DNA of 64,000 nucleotides, taken from the NCBI GenBank assembly GCA_905236005.1, contig CAJONJ010000039.1, positions 2,612 to 66,611 of the forward strand. Reading direction: 5' to 3'. The translations under genes were made by a program, and so were the position numbers. The DNA is from an uncultured Alphaproteobacteria bacterium. GTDB lineage: Bacteria; Pseudomonadota; Alphaproteobacteria; Rs-D84. Positions within the stretch are counted from its first letter, which is position 1. Each line of letters begins with the position of its first letter. Below the pieces are notes generated by a model, which worked only from the letters and a program-made list of their open reading frames with translations, ran no database searches and had not been told where the DNA came from. Below are positions 53,931 to 63,957 of the stretch, one piece after another.

Positions 53931-54290
53931 ATGAAACATAAAACGATATTAAATCACAAAGACTTTCTTGTCTCGTCAAATGACGTGCATGGTTTTGTTG
54001 TGCGGACTGATGATTTTATGGTAAAAACAAAATCTAGCAAAGAATATGGGAACAATAGATATGGTTTGGTTGTTACCAAAAAAAACTTTAAGTTTGCAGT
54101 GCAAAGAAATCGTGCAAAGCGGTTATTGCGTGATTGGATTGCTTTTAATGAAGATCTAATGTTGCCAGATTTAGACTATATTTTGATTGCCAAGACATCT
54201 GTTTTGGAATGTTCTCGTGAAAAAGGTCGCAAAGCAATGCGGGATGCTTTCAAAGAAATTGCAAAATTATATGAACAAAATGTCAAATAG
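53931..54290 (+). CDS. rnpA: ribonuclease P protein component
   Basis: Basic protein of about 119 aa with the RNR-like block [14 protein letters not shown]. The track start at 53811 was rejected in favour of the ATG at 53931. Confidence 0.75.
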   Translation: MKHKTILNHKDFLVSSNDVHGFVVRTDDFMVKTKSSKEYGNNRYGLVVTKKNFKFAVQRNRAKRLLRDWIAFNEDLMLPDLDYILIAKTSVLECSREKGRKAMRDAFKEIAKLYEQNVK

Positions 54291-54516
54291 TGGTAGTTTT
54301 TTTGTTCGTTTTGGCTGTGCATTTGTCAGGTTTTATCAAATATGCATATCACCTGTTGTTGGTGGACGTTGTGCGTGCAGATTTACTCCAACGTGCAGCG
54401 AATATACGCATCAGGCAATTCAAAAATATGGTTTTTGTCATGGCGTGTGGTTGGGGATAAAAAGGATATCACGTTGCAGGCCTGGTGGTGGGTGTGGTTA
54501 TGACCCTGTGCCTTGA
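54280..54516 (+). CDS. yidD: membrane protein insertion efficiency factor YidD
   Basis: [25 protein letters not shown]...GxxRIxRCxPxxxxGxDPVP. Overlaps the rnpA stop. The exact start codon is uncertain. Confidence 0.75.
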   Translation: MSNSGSFFVRFGCAFVRFYQICISPVVGGRCACRFTPTCSEYTHQAIQKYGFCHGVWLGIKRISRCRPGGGCGYDPVP

Positions 54517-54575
54517 CATAATAAATCAATGTGATAAAATCTTAAATAACAGGTAAATAAAAAGGATTTAAAAAT

Positions 54576-55007
54576 ATGACATCTTTTCGTGCAACAGTTG
54601 AAAATATGTCCAAATTAATGGATGAAATGGGCATAACAGAACTGGATATAGAACGACAATTATTATTGGGTTTATACCGTAAACATATTCATTTATCAAA
54701 ACAACAAACAGTGGCAGCACCAGTTGGATTTGTTTCTGCCCAGCAAAAATGTGCTGATGAAACTAAAATTTCTGGACATGTATTAAAATCTCCGATGGTT
54801 GGGGTTGTTTATTTGGCTCCGGAACCAGGTGCTAAACGTTTTGTAGAGGTTGGGGATACTGTGAAAGTTGGTGATACAGTAGCACTGGTAGAAGCTATGA
54901 AAACTTTCAACCCTATCAAATCTGACATAGACGGTGTTGTCAAAGAAATATTGGTTTCGGACAGTGCTGCCGTTGAATTTGATTCTCCGATTGTCGTAAT
55001 AGAATAG
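54576..55007 (+). CDS. accB: biotin carboxyl carrier protein of acetyl-CoA carboxylase
   Basis: Biotinyl-lysine motif VEAMKTFN, 143 aa. Followed by accC. Confidence 0.85.
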   Translation: MTSFRATVENMSKLMDEMGITELDIERQLLLGLYRKHIHLSKQQTVAAPVGFVSAQQKCADETKISGHVLKSPMVGVVYLAPEPGAKRFVEVGDTVKVGDTVALVEAMKTFNPIKSDIDGVVKEILVSDSAAVEFDSPIVVIE

Positions 55008-55014
55008 GTTTCAC

Positions 55015-56403
55015 ATGCCACAAATTAAAAAAGTTTTAATTGCAAATCGTGGTGAAATTGCACTGCGTGTTATTCGTGCATGTCGTGATATGGGAATTCG
55101 CACAGTAGCTGTGTATTCTACCGCAGACAAAGATGCGATGCATGTTAAATTGGCTGATGAATCTGTGTGTATTGGACCAGCACCATCGTCTGAATCATAT
55201 TTAAATGAATCTGCAATTTTAACGGCTGCGTTATTAGCAAATGCAGATGCAATTCACCCAGGATATGGTTTTTTGTCTGAACGTGCAGATTTTGTTGAAA
55301 AAGTTGAACAACACGGTTTAATTTGGATTGGACCCAGTGCATCTATGATTCGTCAAATGGGCGACAAAGTAAATGCAAAACAAACTGCTATAAAATGTGG
55401 TTTACCAGTTGTTCCTGGTTCTGATGGGGCCATAAATACAATTGAAGATGCGATTGTATGGGCTGATAAAATTGGTTATCCTGTGATGATAAAGGCTGCT
55501 GCTGGTGGTGGCGGTCGTGGTATGCGTGCTGTGCATAACGAAGAAGAATTACGTGAAGCATTTCCATTAACCAAAGCGGAATCTAAATCTGCATTTGGTG
55601 ATGATACATTGTATATGGAAAAATTATTATTGCATCCACGTCATATTGAATTTCAGGTTTTAGGTGACCAACATGGTAACGTTGTGATTTTTGGTGAACG
55701 TGATTGTTCTTTGCAACGTAAAAATCAAAAAGTTATGGAAGAATGTCCAGCTGCTGTTTTAACACAAAAACAACACGAAGATATGATTGAAATTTGTAAA
55801 ACAGCTGCCAAGAAAATGGGATATTCAAATGCTGGAACGTTTGAATTTATGTTTGAAGATGGTAATTTTTATTTCTTGGAAATGAATACCAGATTACAGG
55901 TTGAACATCCAGTAACAGAAATGGTTTATGGTGTTGATTTGGTTCGTGAACAAATCAGAATTGCTGCGGGCGAAAAATTGGGTTATACACAATCAAATAT
56001 TGTGGCACATGGACATGCAATTGAATTTCGTATAAATGCAGAAGATCCTGAAACGTTTATTCCAAACCCTGGTAAAATAACATTATATGCACCGTCTGGT
56101 GGTTTGGGGGTTCGTGTGGATTCTGCTGTATACAGTGGATATACAATACCGCCAACATACGATTCTATGATTGCAAAATTGATTGTTCATGCACAATCTA
56201 GAACTGCTTGTATTATGCGTGCAGATCGTGCATTGGACGAATTTGTGATTGAGGGTATTAAAACAACGATCCCACTACAAAAGAAATTGTTAAATAATTC
56301 TGATGTCCGCCAATTAAAAACAGACAATCATTGGTTGGAACATTTCTTGGAAGAAGAAAAAAGTAAATCAGAAGAACCAGTAACAGAAAATCACGAAGAA
56401 TAA
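55015..56403 (+). CDS. accC: biotin carboxylase
   Basis: ATP-grasp fold, KVLIANRGEIA start. 462 aa. Confidence 0.9.
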   Translation: MPQIKKVLIANRGEIALRVIRACRDMGIRTVAVYSTADKDAMHVKLADESVCIGPAPSSESYLNESAILTAALLANADAIHPGYGFLSERADFVEKVEQHGLIWIGPSASMIRQMGDKVNAKQTAIKCGLPVVPGSDGAINTIEDAIVWADKIGYPVMIKAAAGGGGRGMRAVHNEEELREAFPLTKAESKSAFGDDTLYMEKLLLHPRHIEFQVLGDQHGNVVIFGERDCSLQRKNQKVMEECPAAVLTQKQHEDMIEICKTAAKKMGYSNAGTFEFMFEDGNFYFLEMNTRLQVEHPVTEMVYGVDLVREQIRIAAGEKLGYTQSNIVAHGHAIEFRINAEDPETFIPNPGKITLYAPSGGLGVRVDSAVYSGYTIPPTYDSMIAKLIVHAQSRTACIMRADRALDEFVIEGIKTTIPLQKKLLNNSDVRQLKTDNHWLEHFLEEEKSKSEEPVTENHEE

Positions 56404-56407
56404 AAAA

Positions 56408-56436
56408 TACCGCCCGAAAGGGTGGTATTTTATAGA
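56408..56436. terminator. intrinsic terminator ATACCGCCC-GAAA-GGGTGGTAT plus T-run
   Basis: Lies between convergent accC and the minus-strand gene at 56430. Confidence 0.6.
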
Positions 56437-57452
56437 GATATTTTTATAATCGGAATTTGGGTTTCTTCATCCGTTATACCTGCATGATGACTTTTGCAAG
56501 TTTGGCAATCATGATTTTCCCATAAATTATAATGCCCAGTTGCCAAGGCAACATAATCACCAACAAAGCGAACAGGTTTATCTGAATGTAAATATTTCTT
56601 TTCAAATTCGTCTTTTGTCACCAATTTGAATTTATCACCAAAATATTTATTAAAAACATCTGGAAATGTTTTTATGTATTCTGGTTTTATAAAACATGAT
56701 ACACAACGTGCTTCTAACGAAGTTGGTACAGCAAAACATTGTGCAACATCTGGATAATCAGACAAAAACAGATTGTCTGTATCTGTATGCCCATGATCAG
56801 CAGTTATTAACACATCTGTTTTATTATGTATTTTTTGAAAAGCTGTCTCTATTTTTTGTTCCATATCACGCAACAAAGTTTTTATTTTTGGATCTTTGGA
56901 ACCTGTTTCATGTAGTGTGCTGTCTGGTTCAGGCCAGTATGCGTATATGTATGCGTCTGTTTCTTTATTACAAGTTTCTACGATTTTATCAATCCATTCA
57001 TCAAAAGTAGCAACACCACCCATAAACCAAGGAACAATTGCACAAGCACGACGACCATTATCATTCATTTCTTCAACAACCGTTTTACATGGCAGTGTAT
57101 TAGAATGCTGTGGCAGTTTAGAATCTGTCCATGTGTAAAAGTTTTTATTAGAAAACATTTCTATAACTTCATCTATTTCAGGAAAATATTGAGACCAACC
57201 AATAAAACCAGTTTCGTATGGCATTTTGCCAGTACGATATGCAGTTGTGGCTGCTACAGTCGTTGCTGGAATAATTGCGTGTTCTATATCAACTAAATGA
57301 TGTTGAAAAAAACCGTTTTTATCCAGTAATTTATTTATTACTGCAACCCCCATACCATCTAACACCATCACTAAACGATTTTTTCCAGTTGCTGTTTGCA
57401 TTTCTTTTAATCGTTCTAATATAGCCATTTTTATATCCTTTTTGTTAATCAC
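56430..57452 (-). CDS. alkaline-phosphatase-superfamily metalloenzyme (phosphopentomutase/iPGM- or nucleotide pyrophosphatase-like)
   Basis: VMVLDGMG and VLITADHGHTD metal-binding blocks. 340 aa. Confidence 0.5.
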   Translation of the reverse strand: MINKKDIKMAILERLKEMQTATGKNRLVMVLDGMGVAVINKLLDKNGFFQHHLVDIEHAIIPATTVAATTAYRTGKMPYETGFIGWSQYFPEIDEVIEMFSNKNFYTWTDSKLPQHSNTLPCKTVVEEMNDNGRRACAIVPWFMGGVATFDEWIDKIVETCNKETDAYIYAYWPEPDSTLHETGSKDPKIKTLLRDMEQKIETAFQKIHNKTDVLITADHGHTDTDNLFLSDYPDVAQCFAVPTSLEARCVSCFIKPEYIKTFPDVFNKYFGDKFKLVTKDEFEKKYLHSDKPVRFVGDYVALATGHYNLWENHDCQTCKSHHAGITDEETQIPIIKISL

Positions 57453-57664
57453 TTTAAATAAAAAAAATTGGCTTTGAACAATACCCCTACGGTGTCAAAG
57501 CCAATCAACCCATAACACCGTAAGGGCTTAATAGGCGAAATACAAAACACATGCACAAAGTTGTGCAAAACCAGAAAAACAACTAAAATTCACAAATAAT
57601 GTTTTCATTTCAGAAAAAATTGTACTGTAAATTTCTTGAAAGTCAAGCATGTGACAGCAGGTGT

Positions 57665-58135
57665 TTATTGATTGCGTTTTTTTCTGAACTCGTCCAAAGA
57701 AACAATTCTTTTGTCATCTGGAACTGTACCAGCTTTTTCGTCTAACGGTAATTCTATATCGTTATCTGGTGCAGCAGTTGTTGTTTGTTTTGGGTGAAAC
57801 GATAACATAAATTCAGTAGATGGATCTTTGAATTCAACCAATGCAGAAAATGGAACCCGTATAAAAAATGGACGACCATCAAAAGTTAATTGCACACCAA
57901 ATTCTTTGTCAGATACATTAAGATTATTATAAGAATATTGTAATACAATTGTCATAATATCTGGATATCTTATACGTAAAAAATCTGGCAATACAACACC
58001 TGGGTCACGTGTTTTAAAAGTGATAAAAAATCCAGCATCATCGCCCAGACCATTAAATTGTGCATACAGTAATGCTTCTTTGACGACTGTCTTCAAAGCA
58101 TTGTCTAGTAATTGTTGATAATCTATTTTATGCAT
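57665..58135 (-). CDS. SspB-like ClpXP adaptor (tentative)
   Basis: 156 aa. N-terminal YQQLLDNALK block and an acidic disordered tail ending in a basic patch, resembling alphaproteobacterial SspB. Its stop overlaps the recF start. Confidence 0.4.
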   Translation of the reverse strand: MHKIDYQQLLDNALKTVVKEALLYAQFNGLGDDAGFFITFKTRDPGVVLPDFLRIRYPDIMTIVLQYSYNNLNVSDKEFGVQLTFDGRPFFIRVPFSALVEFKDPSTEFMLSFHPKQTTTAAPDNDIELPLDEKAGTVPDDKRIVSLDEFRKKRNQ

Positions 58136-58137
58136 GT

Positions 58138-59217
58138 TTATTCTCCGCTGGTTACTATATTACTTATTGTGCCATCTTGGCAAGTAACAAATAAAGCATT
58201 TGGAATGTTTTGAAAAATATTTACATCTAATCCAGTAGCCCAAACCTGTGCATCTGATGCGTTTAATTCTTGGAATAATCTGATGCGTGCTTCGTTATCC
58301 AGATGTGCAGCTGCTTCGTCCAGCAATATTAATGGGTTTTGACCTGTTTTTATATGAATCAATTTTGCGTGTGCTAGAATCAAATCAATCAATATAGATT
58401 TTTGTTGTCCTGTACTGGTTATGTGTGCTGGCAGATTTAATTTTTTATTAAATACCCCAAAATCAGATTTGTGAACACCGTCTATAACCATTTTATCACC
58501 AGTCAATTCACGATTTTGTTGTAAATATTCAAAATAAATATTTTCAGCATTTGTCGTAGTATTTTCAATAATCAATTTTTCAATCATGCCATCTACAGAT
58601 ACGCCACCTGTTTCAAAAAAATAATTTATTTCAGCAGAATATCTAATACGACCGGCACCAATAGCAACTGCTGTTGCAGCAATTTGTTTATCTAAAACAT
58701 TTAACCAATTCGTGTCAGCTGAATTTTTTAAAGCCCCTGCCCGTTCTGATAATAATTTATTTAAACGTGCGATTCTTCCAATATGTGCAGGTTCAAAACT
58801 GGCGGCTAATCTGTCAAAGAAAGCCCGTCTGTCTGATGCTGATTCCATAAAAATTCTGTCTTCTTTTGGGGTCAACCACACAATACGTAAATGTTTAGCT
58901 AAATCAGACAAAGTTGCATTTTCGTTATCTATTTTAGCATGTCTGTTTGTTTCGCCTGGATTTAAAAATACGCAAATATCTGTATCGTTTTGTGTTGTTG
59001 CAAATACGGAAAAACCGCCATTTCCGTTAAATCTGGGCAACATTTGTGTATCTGCACTACGTAAACCACGTTCGCCAGATAACAAAGAAACAGCTTCCAG
59101 CAAAGCTGTTTTGCCAGCACCATTTAATCCTGTGATTATAATATTCTTATAACCATCAGTTCTGATTCTGGAACATTCATGATTTCTGAAATTTGTAACA
59201 GTGATTTGATTTATCAT
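58138..59217 (-). CDS. recF: DNA replication and repair protein RecF
   Basis: N-terminal ITVTNFRNH..., P-loop GLNGAGKTALLEAV, and a C-terminal ABC-like signature/Walker B region. 359 aa. Confidence 0.85.
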   Translation of the reverse strand: MINQITVTNFRNHECSRIRTDGYKNIIITGLNGAGKTALLEAVSLLSGERGLRSADTQMLPRFNGNGGFSVFATTQNDTDICVFLNPGETNRHAKIDNENATLSDLAKHLRIVWLTPKEDRIFMESASDRRAFFDRLAASFEPAHIGRIARLNKLLSERAGALKNSADTNWLNVLDKQIAATAVAIGAGRIRYSAEINYFFETGGVSVDGMIEKLIIENTTTNAENIYFEYLQQNRELTGDKMVIDGVHKSDFGVFNKKLNLPAHITSTGQQKSILIDLILAHAKLIHIKTGQNPLILLDEAAAHLDNEARIRLFQELNASDAQVWATGLDVNIFQNIPNALFVTCQDGTISNIVTSGE

Positions 59218-59228
59218 TTTAAAAAACT

Positions 59229-59302
59229 TGGAGGCCAGGGTCGGAATCGAACCGGCATAGAAGGATTTGCAGTCCTCTGCATAACCACTCTGCCACCTGG
59301 CC
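59229..59302 (-). tRNA. tRNA-Cys (anticodon GCA)
   Basis: Reverse complement is GGCCAGGTGGCAGAGTGGTTATGCAGAGGACTGCAAATCCTTCTATGCCGGTTCGATTCCGACCCTGGCCTCCA. Cloverleaf with one C-A mismatch in the T-stem. Similar to E. coli tRNA-Cys. Confidence 0.75.
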
Positions 59303-59445
59303 TTTTGTGCAAAGCTATATTAGGCAAAAAATAAAACTATTGCAACATAAAAATAAAAAAATAATACAGGGATAATTTCATATAAAAAAGTTATAGCCAA
59401 GGTATGTTTTTATGCTATAATCAATCAAAACGAGAGAGAGTATAT

Positions 59446-60768
59446 ATGAAAAAATTGGCTGTTTTTCTGGTGTTTTTTCCATTGTATGCGATGGCAAAAG
59501 ATGATTGTGCAACAATGCATAATGTTCCAGAAACCCCGATGTCTTTACAGGATGTTTTGAATCTTGGGTTGTGTCGCAATCCACAGACGGCTGCTGCTTA
59601 TGCATCGTTGCAATCGTCAAAATATACCAAAAATGCCAGCTATTCTAATTATTTGCCGTCTATCAGTGCTCATGGTGGTGCAGACCGTTTGCATACTCAA
59701 CATGATGCTTGGGCATATAACGCATCGTTATCTGCTTCATATTTAATATTTGATTTTGGTAAACGTGAATCAGATTTTGCACAAACATTAGCAACATATC
59801 GTGCAGCTGGGTTTGATTATGATGAAACAATTCAAAATTATGTGTATTCAGTAATTGGTGCATATTATTCGCTGTTAAATGCAGATGCAGATGTTAAATC
59901 TGCAACATCCGCTTTGACTGTTGCACAAACAGCAAAAAATACAGCTGATAAAAAATTCAAAGCTGGGGCTGTGGCCAAAGCTGACGTTTACAAGGCTGAT
60001 ACCACATTGGCCAGTTCGCAGTTATCTTTGGAACGTGCAAAAAATAATCGTGAAATTGCCAAGGGTACATTGTTAAACAAATTATCATTTCCAGCAAATC
60101 AGGATATAAAAATTCAAGATATGCCTGCAACATTTGGCTCTGATGCAGAAATGGAAAATTTAGAAGAATTAATATCTGTTGCACAAAAGAAAAGACCGGA
60201 TTTATTGAAAGCAAATGCTAGAACCAGTGCTGCATGGCATAAACGCAATGCTGCTTTTTTGAAAAATTTACCATCTATATCAGTTACTGGGACGGCTGGT
60301 ATAAACGCAGACAGTATGGGCGGTTTGTTTGAACACATGTCTGGTCGTGTAAATGGCAGAATTGGGGTATCTGTATCAATGCCTATATTTGCAGGTTTTG
60401 CAAATATGTATAATGCCCGTTCTGCTGGTGCGGATTATGAAAATGCGAAATATACAGAACAAAGTGTTAAAAATAATGCGATGATGGATGTGTTTACGGC
60501 CTATCAAAATTATAAGACGGCTAAAACTGTTTTAAATCAATCTGAAACTTTGTTGAAATCTGCCACAGAAAGTGAACGTGTAACGTCGGGTATGTATAAG
60601 GTTGGACGTGCAACAATGTTAGATTGGCAGACTGCTCAATCAGAATTAGTTGATGCACAAAAACAAAACAATTCAGCAAAATATGATTTGTTTGTAAAGC
60701 GTGCTGCTGTTGCATTGGCTATTGGTGATATAAAATCTGGGTTAAAGGAAGAATATGATGAAAAATAA
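59446..60768 (+). CDS. TolC-like outer membrane efflux protein (OMF family)
   Basis: Signal peptide MKKLAVFLVFFPLYAMA and two tandem alpha-helical/beta repeats of about 200 aa. The track start at 59404 was rejected. Overlaps the downstream adaptor gene. Confidence 0.65.
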   Translation: MKKLAVFLVFFPLYAMAKDDCATMHNVPETPMSLQDVLNLGLCRNPQTAAAYASLQSSKYTKNASYSNYLPSISAHGGADRLHTQHDAWAYNASLSASYLIFDFGKRESDFAQTLATYRAAGFDYDETIQNYVYSVIGAYYSLLNADADVKSATSALTVAQTAKNTADKKFKAGAVAKADVYKADTTLASSQLSLERAKNNREIAKGTLLNKLSFPANQDIKIQDMPATFGSDAEMENLEELISVAQKKRPDLLKANARTSAAWHKRNAAFLKNLPSISVTGTAGINADSMGGLFEHMSGRVNGRIGVSVSMPIFAGFANMYNARSAGADYENAKYTEQSVKNNAMMDVFTAYQNYKTAKTVLNQSETLLKSATESERVTSGMYKVGRATMLDWQTAQSELVDAQKQNNSAKYDLFVKRAAVALAIGDIKSGLKEEYDEK

Positions 60769-61945
60769 AAACACGGAACAAAGACCATCTTTTATTAAAA
60801 GATTTTTTTCTTGGATATGGCGGAACAAATGGTGGTTGATAATAATATTGTTAATCGCTGGCGGTTTGTGTTGGTGGCTGTGTCCAAAATCAAACAAAAA
60901 GAAAGAATTTGTAACAGTAGATATTGTTCGTGGTGATATTATCCAAACAGTAACAGCTACTGGTGAAATACAACCTGTAAATACTGTCAGCATTGGTTCA
61001 CAAGTGTCTGGCACCATAGAAGATATTTTTGTGGATTATAATTCCAAAGTTAAAAAAGGTGATATTTTATTAACCATAGAACCGTCAGTTTTGCAATCGT
61101 CTGTAGATGAATCAAATGCGTCTTTGAAATCAGCACAATCACAGTTAAAATATGCAAAAAGTGAATATAAACGTAATCAAGCCTTATACAAAGATGGTTT
61201 TATTTCACGTGCTGAGATGGAAAAATCACAAACAACATATGAACAGGCAGAACAAGCAGTTAAAAAGGCTCAGTATTCATACGACAGAGCTGTTACTAAT
61301 TTGGGTTATGCAACCATTACATCGCCTGTGGATGGAACTGTAATTTCAAGAAAAGTAGACAAAGGTCAAACTGTGGCTGCGTCTTTCCAAACCCCAGATT
61401 TATTTGAAATTGCCGAAGATTTATCCAAAATGCAAATAGAAACAGCTGTATCCGAAGCAGATATTGGTATGATAACAGAAGGTTTACCTGTAACGTTTAC
61501 GGTTGATGCGTATTCTGGTCAAACGTTCAAAGGTGATGTTTATCAAATCAGATTATCTCCGACAAATGTGTCAAATGTGGTCGTGTATACTGTTGTGATA
61601 AATGTTGATAATTCGGATTTGCGTTTGATGCCAGGTATGACGGCATTTGTTACAATTGTTGTCGCAGAAGCCAAAGATGCATGGAAAACAAAAAATTCTG
61701 GTTTGTTGATTCGTTCTTATAAAAATTTAGCAGAAAATGTTCCAGAAGATATTACACCTAAAACACATCTTGCAATACAACGTGACGGTAAATTAGAATT
61801 TGTTCCATATACAAAAGGCTTGGTAACACCAACCGAAACACAATTAATATCCGATGCAATCAAAGAAAAAGATAAATTAGTTGTTGGTTTTATTGGTCAG
61901 GTATCTACAAACAAAAGCACTATGCGTGGTGGTCCAAGAATGTAG
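60755..61945 (+). CDS. macA: HlyD/MacA-family periplasmic adaptor (membrane fusion protein)
   Basis: N-terminal TM, coiled-coil hairpin, and lipoyl/beta-barrel segments. 396 aa. Upstream of the MacB-like ABC pair. Confidence 0.7.
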   Translation: MMKNKNTEQRPSFIKRFFSWIWRNKWWLIIILLIAGGLCWWLCPKSNKKKEFVTVDIVRGDIIQTVTATGEIQPVNTVSIGSQVSGTIEDIFVDYNSKVKKGDILLTIEPSVLQSSVDESNASLKSAQSQLKYAKSEYKRNQALYKDGFISRAEMEKSQTTYEQAEQAVKKAQYSYDRAVTNLGYATITSPVDGTVISRKVDKGQTVAASFQTPDLFEIAEDLSKMQIETAVSEADIGMITEGLPVTFTVDAYSGQTFKGDVYQIRLSPTNVSNVVVYTVVINVDNSDLRLMPGMTAFVTIVVAEAKDAWKTKNSGLLIRSYKNLAENVPEDITPKTHLAIQRDGKLEFVPYTKGLVTPTETQLISDAIKEKDKLVVGFIGQVSTNKSTMRGGPRM

Positions 61946-61954
61946 GATAAATGT

Positions 61955-62701
61955 ATGAAAAAACAGATACCGATTATCGCATTACATAAAGTTTGTAAAA
62001 GTTTTCCATTGGCAATCGGTGGTGAACAACAGGTTTTGTTTGATGTCAGTTTTACGGTGAATTCTAGCGAATTTGTTGCGATTATGGGACCATCTGGGTC
62101 TGGTAAATCTACGTGTATGAATATTGTTGGTGCTTTGGATTCTGCAACATCTGGAACATACGAATTATACGGGAAAGATATTACAACTATGACTAATGAT
62201 GAATTAGCAACAGTTCGTAATGAATATATTGGTTTTGTTTTTCAGAATTTTAATTTGTTGGCAAAAAGAAATATTTTAGATAATGTAATGTTACCTTTGA
62301 TGTATCGTGGATGGGTTATGGACGACAGAATTCGCCGTGCACGTGAAATGTTGAAATTGGTTGGGTTGGAAAAATTTGAAACGTATTTACCAACACAATT
62401 ATCTGGTGGTATGAAACAGCGTGTCGCAATTGCACGTGCATTGGCTGGTAATCCGAAATTGATTTTAGCAGATGAACCAACTGGTGCATTGGATTCTAAG
62501 ATGGGTAATGAAATTTTACATTTCTTTAAAAAATTAAATAAAGATATGGGGATAACTATCATAATGATTACGCATGAATTTGAAATTGCAAAATACGCAG
62601 ACAGAATTATTCATGTATATGATGGGCGTATCGTTTTTGATGGTCCTGTCCCAGCTAATGAAAATGTATTATTAAAAGCAGAAAAAGGCCATAAAAAATG
62701 A
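61955..62701 (+). CDS. macB: MacB/LolD-type ABC transporter ATP-binding protein
   Basis: Walker A GPSGSGKST, signature LSGGMKQRVAIARAL, Walker B ILADEPTGALD. Confidence 0.85.
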   Translation: MKKQIPIIALHKVCKSFPLAIGGEQQVLFDVSFTVNSSEFVAIMGPSGSGKSTCMNIVGALDSATSGTYELYGKDITTMTNDELATVRNEYIGFVFQNFNLLAKRNILDNVMLPLMYRGWVMDDRIRRAREMLKLVGLEKFETYLPTQLSGGMKQRVAIARALAGNPKLILADEPTGALDSKMGNEILHFFKKLNKDMGITIIMITHEFEIAKYADRIIHVYDGRIVFDGPVPANENVLLKAEKGHKK

Positions 62702-63915
62702 CACTGCGTGATATATTAAAAGAATCTTGGTTATCTATCAGCGGAAATAAATTACGTTCGTTTCTGACTGTTTTGGGAATTATTATTGGTGTAATGGCGG
62801 TGGTGATTATGGTTGCAGTTGGTGAAACTGTTCAACAATCTATCACAGACCAGTTTTCATCGCTTGGAACAAATACCATTGTTATTCGTGCTGGTGCGGC
62901 ACGTGCTGGTGGGGTCAGGATGGGTAATCGTCAAACACTGACAATCAGTGATGCTGAACAAATCAGAAAATTACCAGATGTGGTTGCTATATCACCTGCA
63001 CAAAATTCTGGTGCCCAGGTAATTTATGGAAACAAGAATTGGGCTACGTCTATGGTTGGGGTTTATCCAGATTATACAACCATTCAGAATATAGAAATGG
63101 AATATGGAACGTTTTTTGATCAATCTGCAATAAAAAATGCTTCAACATATGCGGTTATTGGTCCTGATACAGCCAGGGAATTAAATATGCCAGAAAACCC
63201 TGTGGGTGAAATAATTCGTGTTCAAAATATGCCGTTCGTTATAATTGGTCAAATGAAAGCAAAAGGTGATTCTGCGATGGGATCACAAGATGATATGGTC
63301 ATTATTCCAATCACAACATTAAAGAAAAGGTTACAGGGATCTCGTTTTCCTGATTCTGTTGCTATGATTGCGTTAAAATTGTATCAGGATGCTGATAATG
63401 CTGTGGTCACAGAACAAATAACATCTTTACTTCGTCAAAGACACAGAATCAAAGAAAATGATGAAAACGATTTTCAGGTTACAGATATGAAACAAATTAT
63501 GGAAACAATGAATACTGTGACGGGGTATTTAAAGTTATTATTGGTTGCAATTGCGGCGGTTTCATTATTGGTTGGTTCAATTGGTATTATGAATATGATG
63601 TTGGTATCTGTGGCTGAACGCACACGTGAAATTGGGGTTCGTAAAGCAATTGGTGCACGTGAACGTGTGATTATTATTCAGTTTTTATCAGAATCTGTAT
63701 TGATATCTTTTATTGGTTCTATGTTTGGACTTGTGATGGGGGTTGGATTATCACAAGGTGTTGGCAGGTTCATATTGCATTATAATGTTCCGTTCAGTAT
63801 TTGGCCAGTTATTGTGTCTGTTACAGTTGCGGTGGTTGTGGGATTAGCATCAGGGGTTGCACCTGCGATTAAGGCTGCAAAATTAAATCCAATAGACAGT
63901 TTAAGATACGAATAA
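62698..63915 (+). CDS. FtsX-like ABC transporter permease (MacB permease half)
   Basis: N-terminal TM, large periplasmic MacB_PCD-like domain, and three C-terminal TM segments. 405 aa. Overlaps the ATPase gene stop. Confidence 0.8.
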   Translation: MTLRDILKESWLSISGNKLRSFLTVLGIIIGVMAVVIMVAVGETVQQSITDQFSSLGTNTIVIRAGAARAGGVRMGNRQTLTISDAEQIRKLPDVVAISPAQNSGAQVIYGNKNWATSMVGVYPDYTTIQNIEMEYGTFFDQSAIKNASTYAVIGPDTARELNMPENPVGEIIRVQNMPFVIIGQMKAKGDSAMGSQDDMVIIPITTLKKRLQGSRFPDSVAMIALKLYQDADNAVVTEQITSLLRQRHRIKENDENDFQVTDMKQIMETMNTVTGYLKLLLVAIAAVSLLVGSIGIMNMMLVSVAERTREIGVRKAIGARERVIIIQFLSESVLISFIGSMFGLVMGVGLSQGVGRFILHYNVPFSIWPVIVSVTVAVVVGLASGVAPAIKAAKLNPIDSLRYE

Positions 63916-63927
63916 AGTATAAAAAAA

Positions 63928-63950
63928 CACCGGTATTTACCGGTGTTTTT
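63928..63950. terminator. terminator CACCGGTATTTACCGGTG plus T-run
   Basis: Same hairpin family as the terminators at 2933, 39730 and 44576. Confidence 0.6.
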
Positions 63951-63957
63951 CTTATTA

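Noticed and set aside
59378-59620. An 80-aa minus-strand ORF overlaps the start of the TolC-like gene.
   Set aside because: It is antisense to a well-supported signal-peptide-bearing CDS and has no motifs, so it is likely spurious. The same applies to 2147..2350, which overlaps the gyrB start.
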